Shown piece by piece: positions 63,639 to 64,000 of a stretch of DNA of 64,000 nucleotides. Both the position numbers and the translations under genes were made by a program. Below the pieces are notes generated by a model. That model worked only from the letters and a program-made list of their open reading frames with translations, did not search any database and was not told where the DNA came from. Numbering within the stretch: position 1 is the stretch's first letter; each line of letters begins with the position of its first letter. Origin of the DNA: Lingula anatina (Eukaryota > Animalia > Brachiopoda); the NCBI GenBank assembly GCA_051362555.1, contig CM120640.1, positions 31,763,967 through 31,827,966 on the forward strand. Direction: 5' to 3'.

Positions 63639-64000
63639 TTATCTACAGACACAGATGTGCCTGTACATATAGCCATCACCTGCGTCTGTCGTCGCTGTCG
63701 CCACCGCCATTGCCGTGCACTTTTACCGATAACACGTAAAATGGAAAGTGTTTTTTCTTTCAGCTTGAAACTTACTGAATTGATGAATATTCATAATAAA
63801 CAGGTCAAGTTCGAAATTCAGCATGATCGGGCCATTTTTAGGGAAGTTATGCTGTATTTTTAACTTTTTTCAGCGATTATGCAGTGCCGATAACACGATA
63901 AGTGGAAAACCATTTTACCTTTTGGCTTGAAACTTACAAAACTGATTAATATTCATAATACGCAGGTCAAAGTTGAAAATCAGCATGATTGGGCAATTTC
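63639..64000 (+). mobile_element. Helentron/HINE-like element (copy 2, runs off the window)
   Basis: Colinear with 33653-34060: tacagac..cagatgtg.ctgtacatatagcc, GTC/GCC tract, ccgataacacg units at 63726 and 63887. Confidence 0.65.

Overview
AT-rich, intron-rich animal genomic DNA from an invertebrate; the repeat types suggest a lophotrochozoan or mollusc, which is an inference. Left to right, all genes on +: (1) an apparently intact multi-exon MCTP gene (three C2 domains plus transmembrane region), about 7.9-31.3 kb, with a GC-AG intron and candidate micro-exons; (2) an orphan 3' fragment of dihydrolipoamide dehydrogenase (last three exons only, one donor reading TT instead of GT); (3) a TATA/Inr-headed, apparently non-coding transcription unit (about 41.9-46.7 kb) built from duplicated exons, including 11 tandem [52-nt exon + 79-nt intron] cassettes and an exon holding about 19 copies of another 52-mer; (4) a DOPA/aromatic-L-amino-acid decarboxylase pseudogene with two frameshifts, two missing exons and one MITE-truncated exon. 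The DDC intron holds a 5.8-kb near-palindrome made by one CACTA/EnSpm-like element inserting, inverted, into another copy; each copy carries an old Gypsy LTR retroelement remnant. MITEs, Helentron-like elements, degenerate 330-350-bp arrays and microsatellites are also present. Homology calls come from manual translation and remembered family motifs; no database searches were run.
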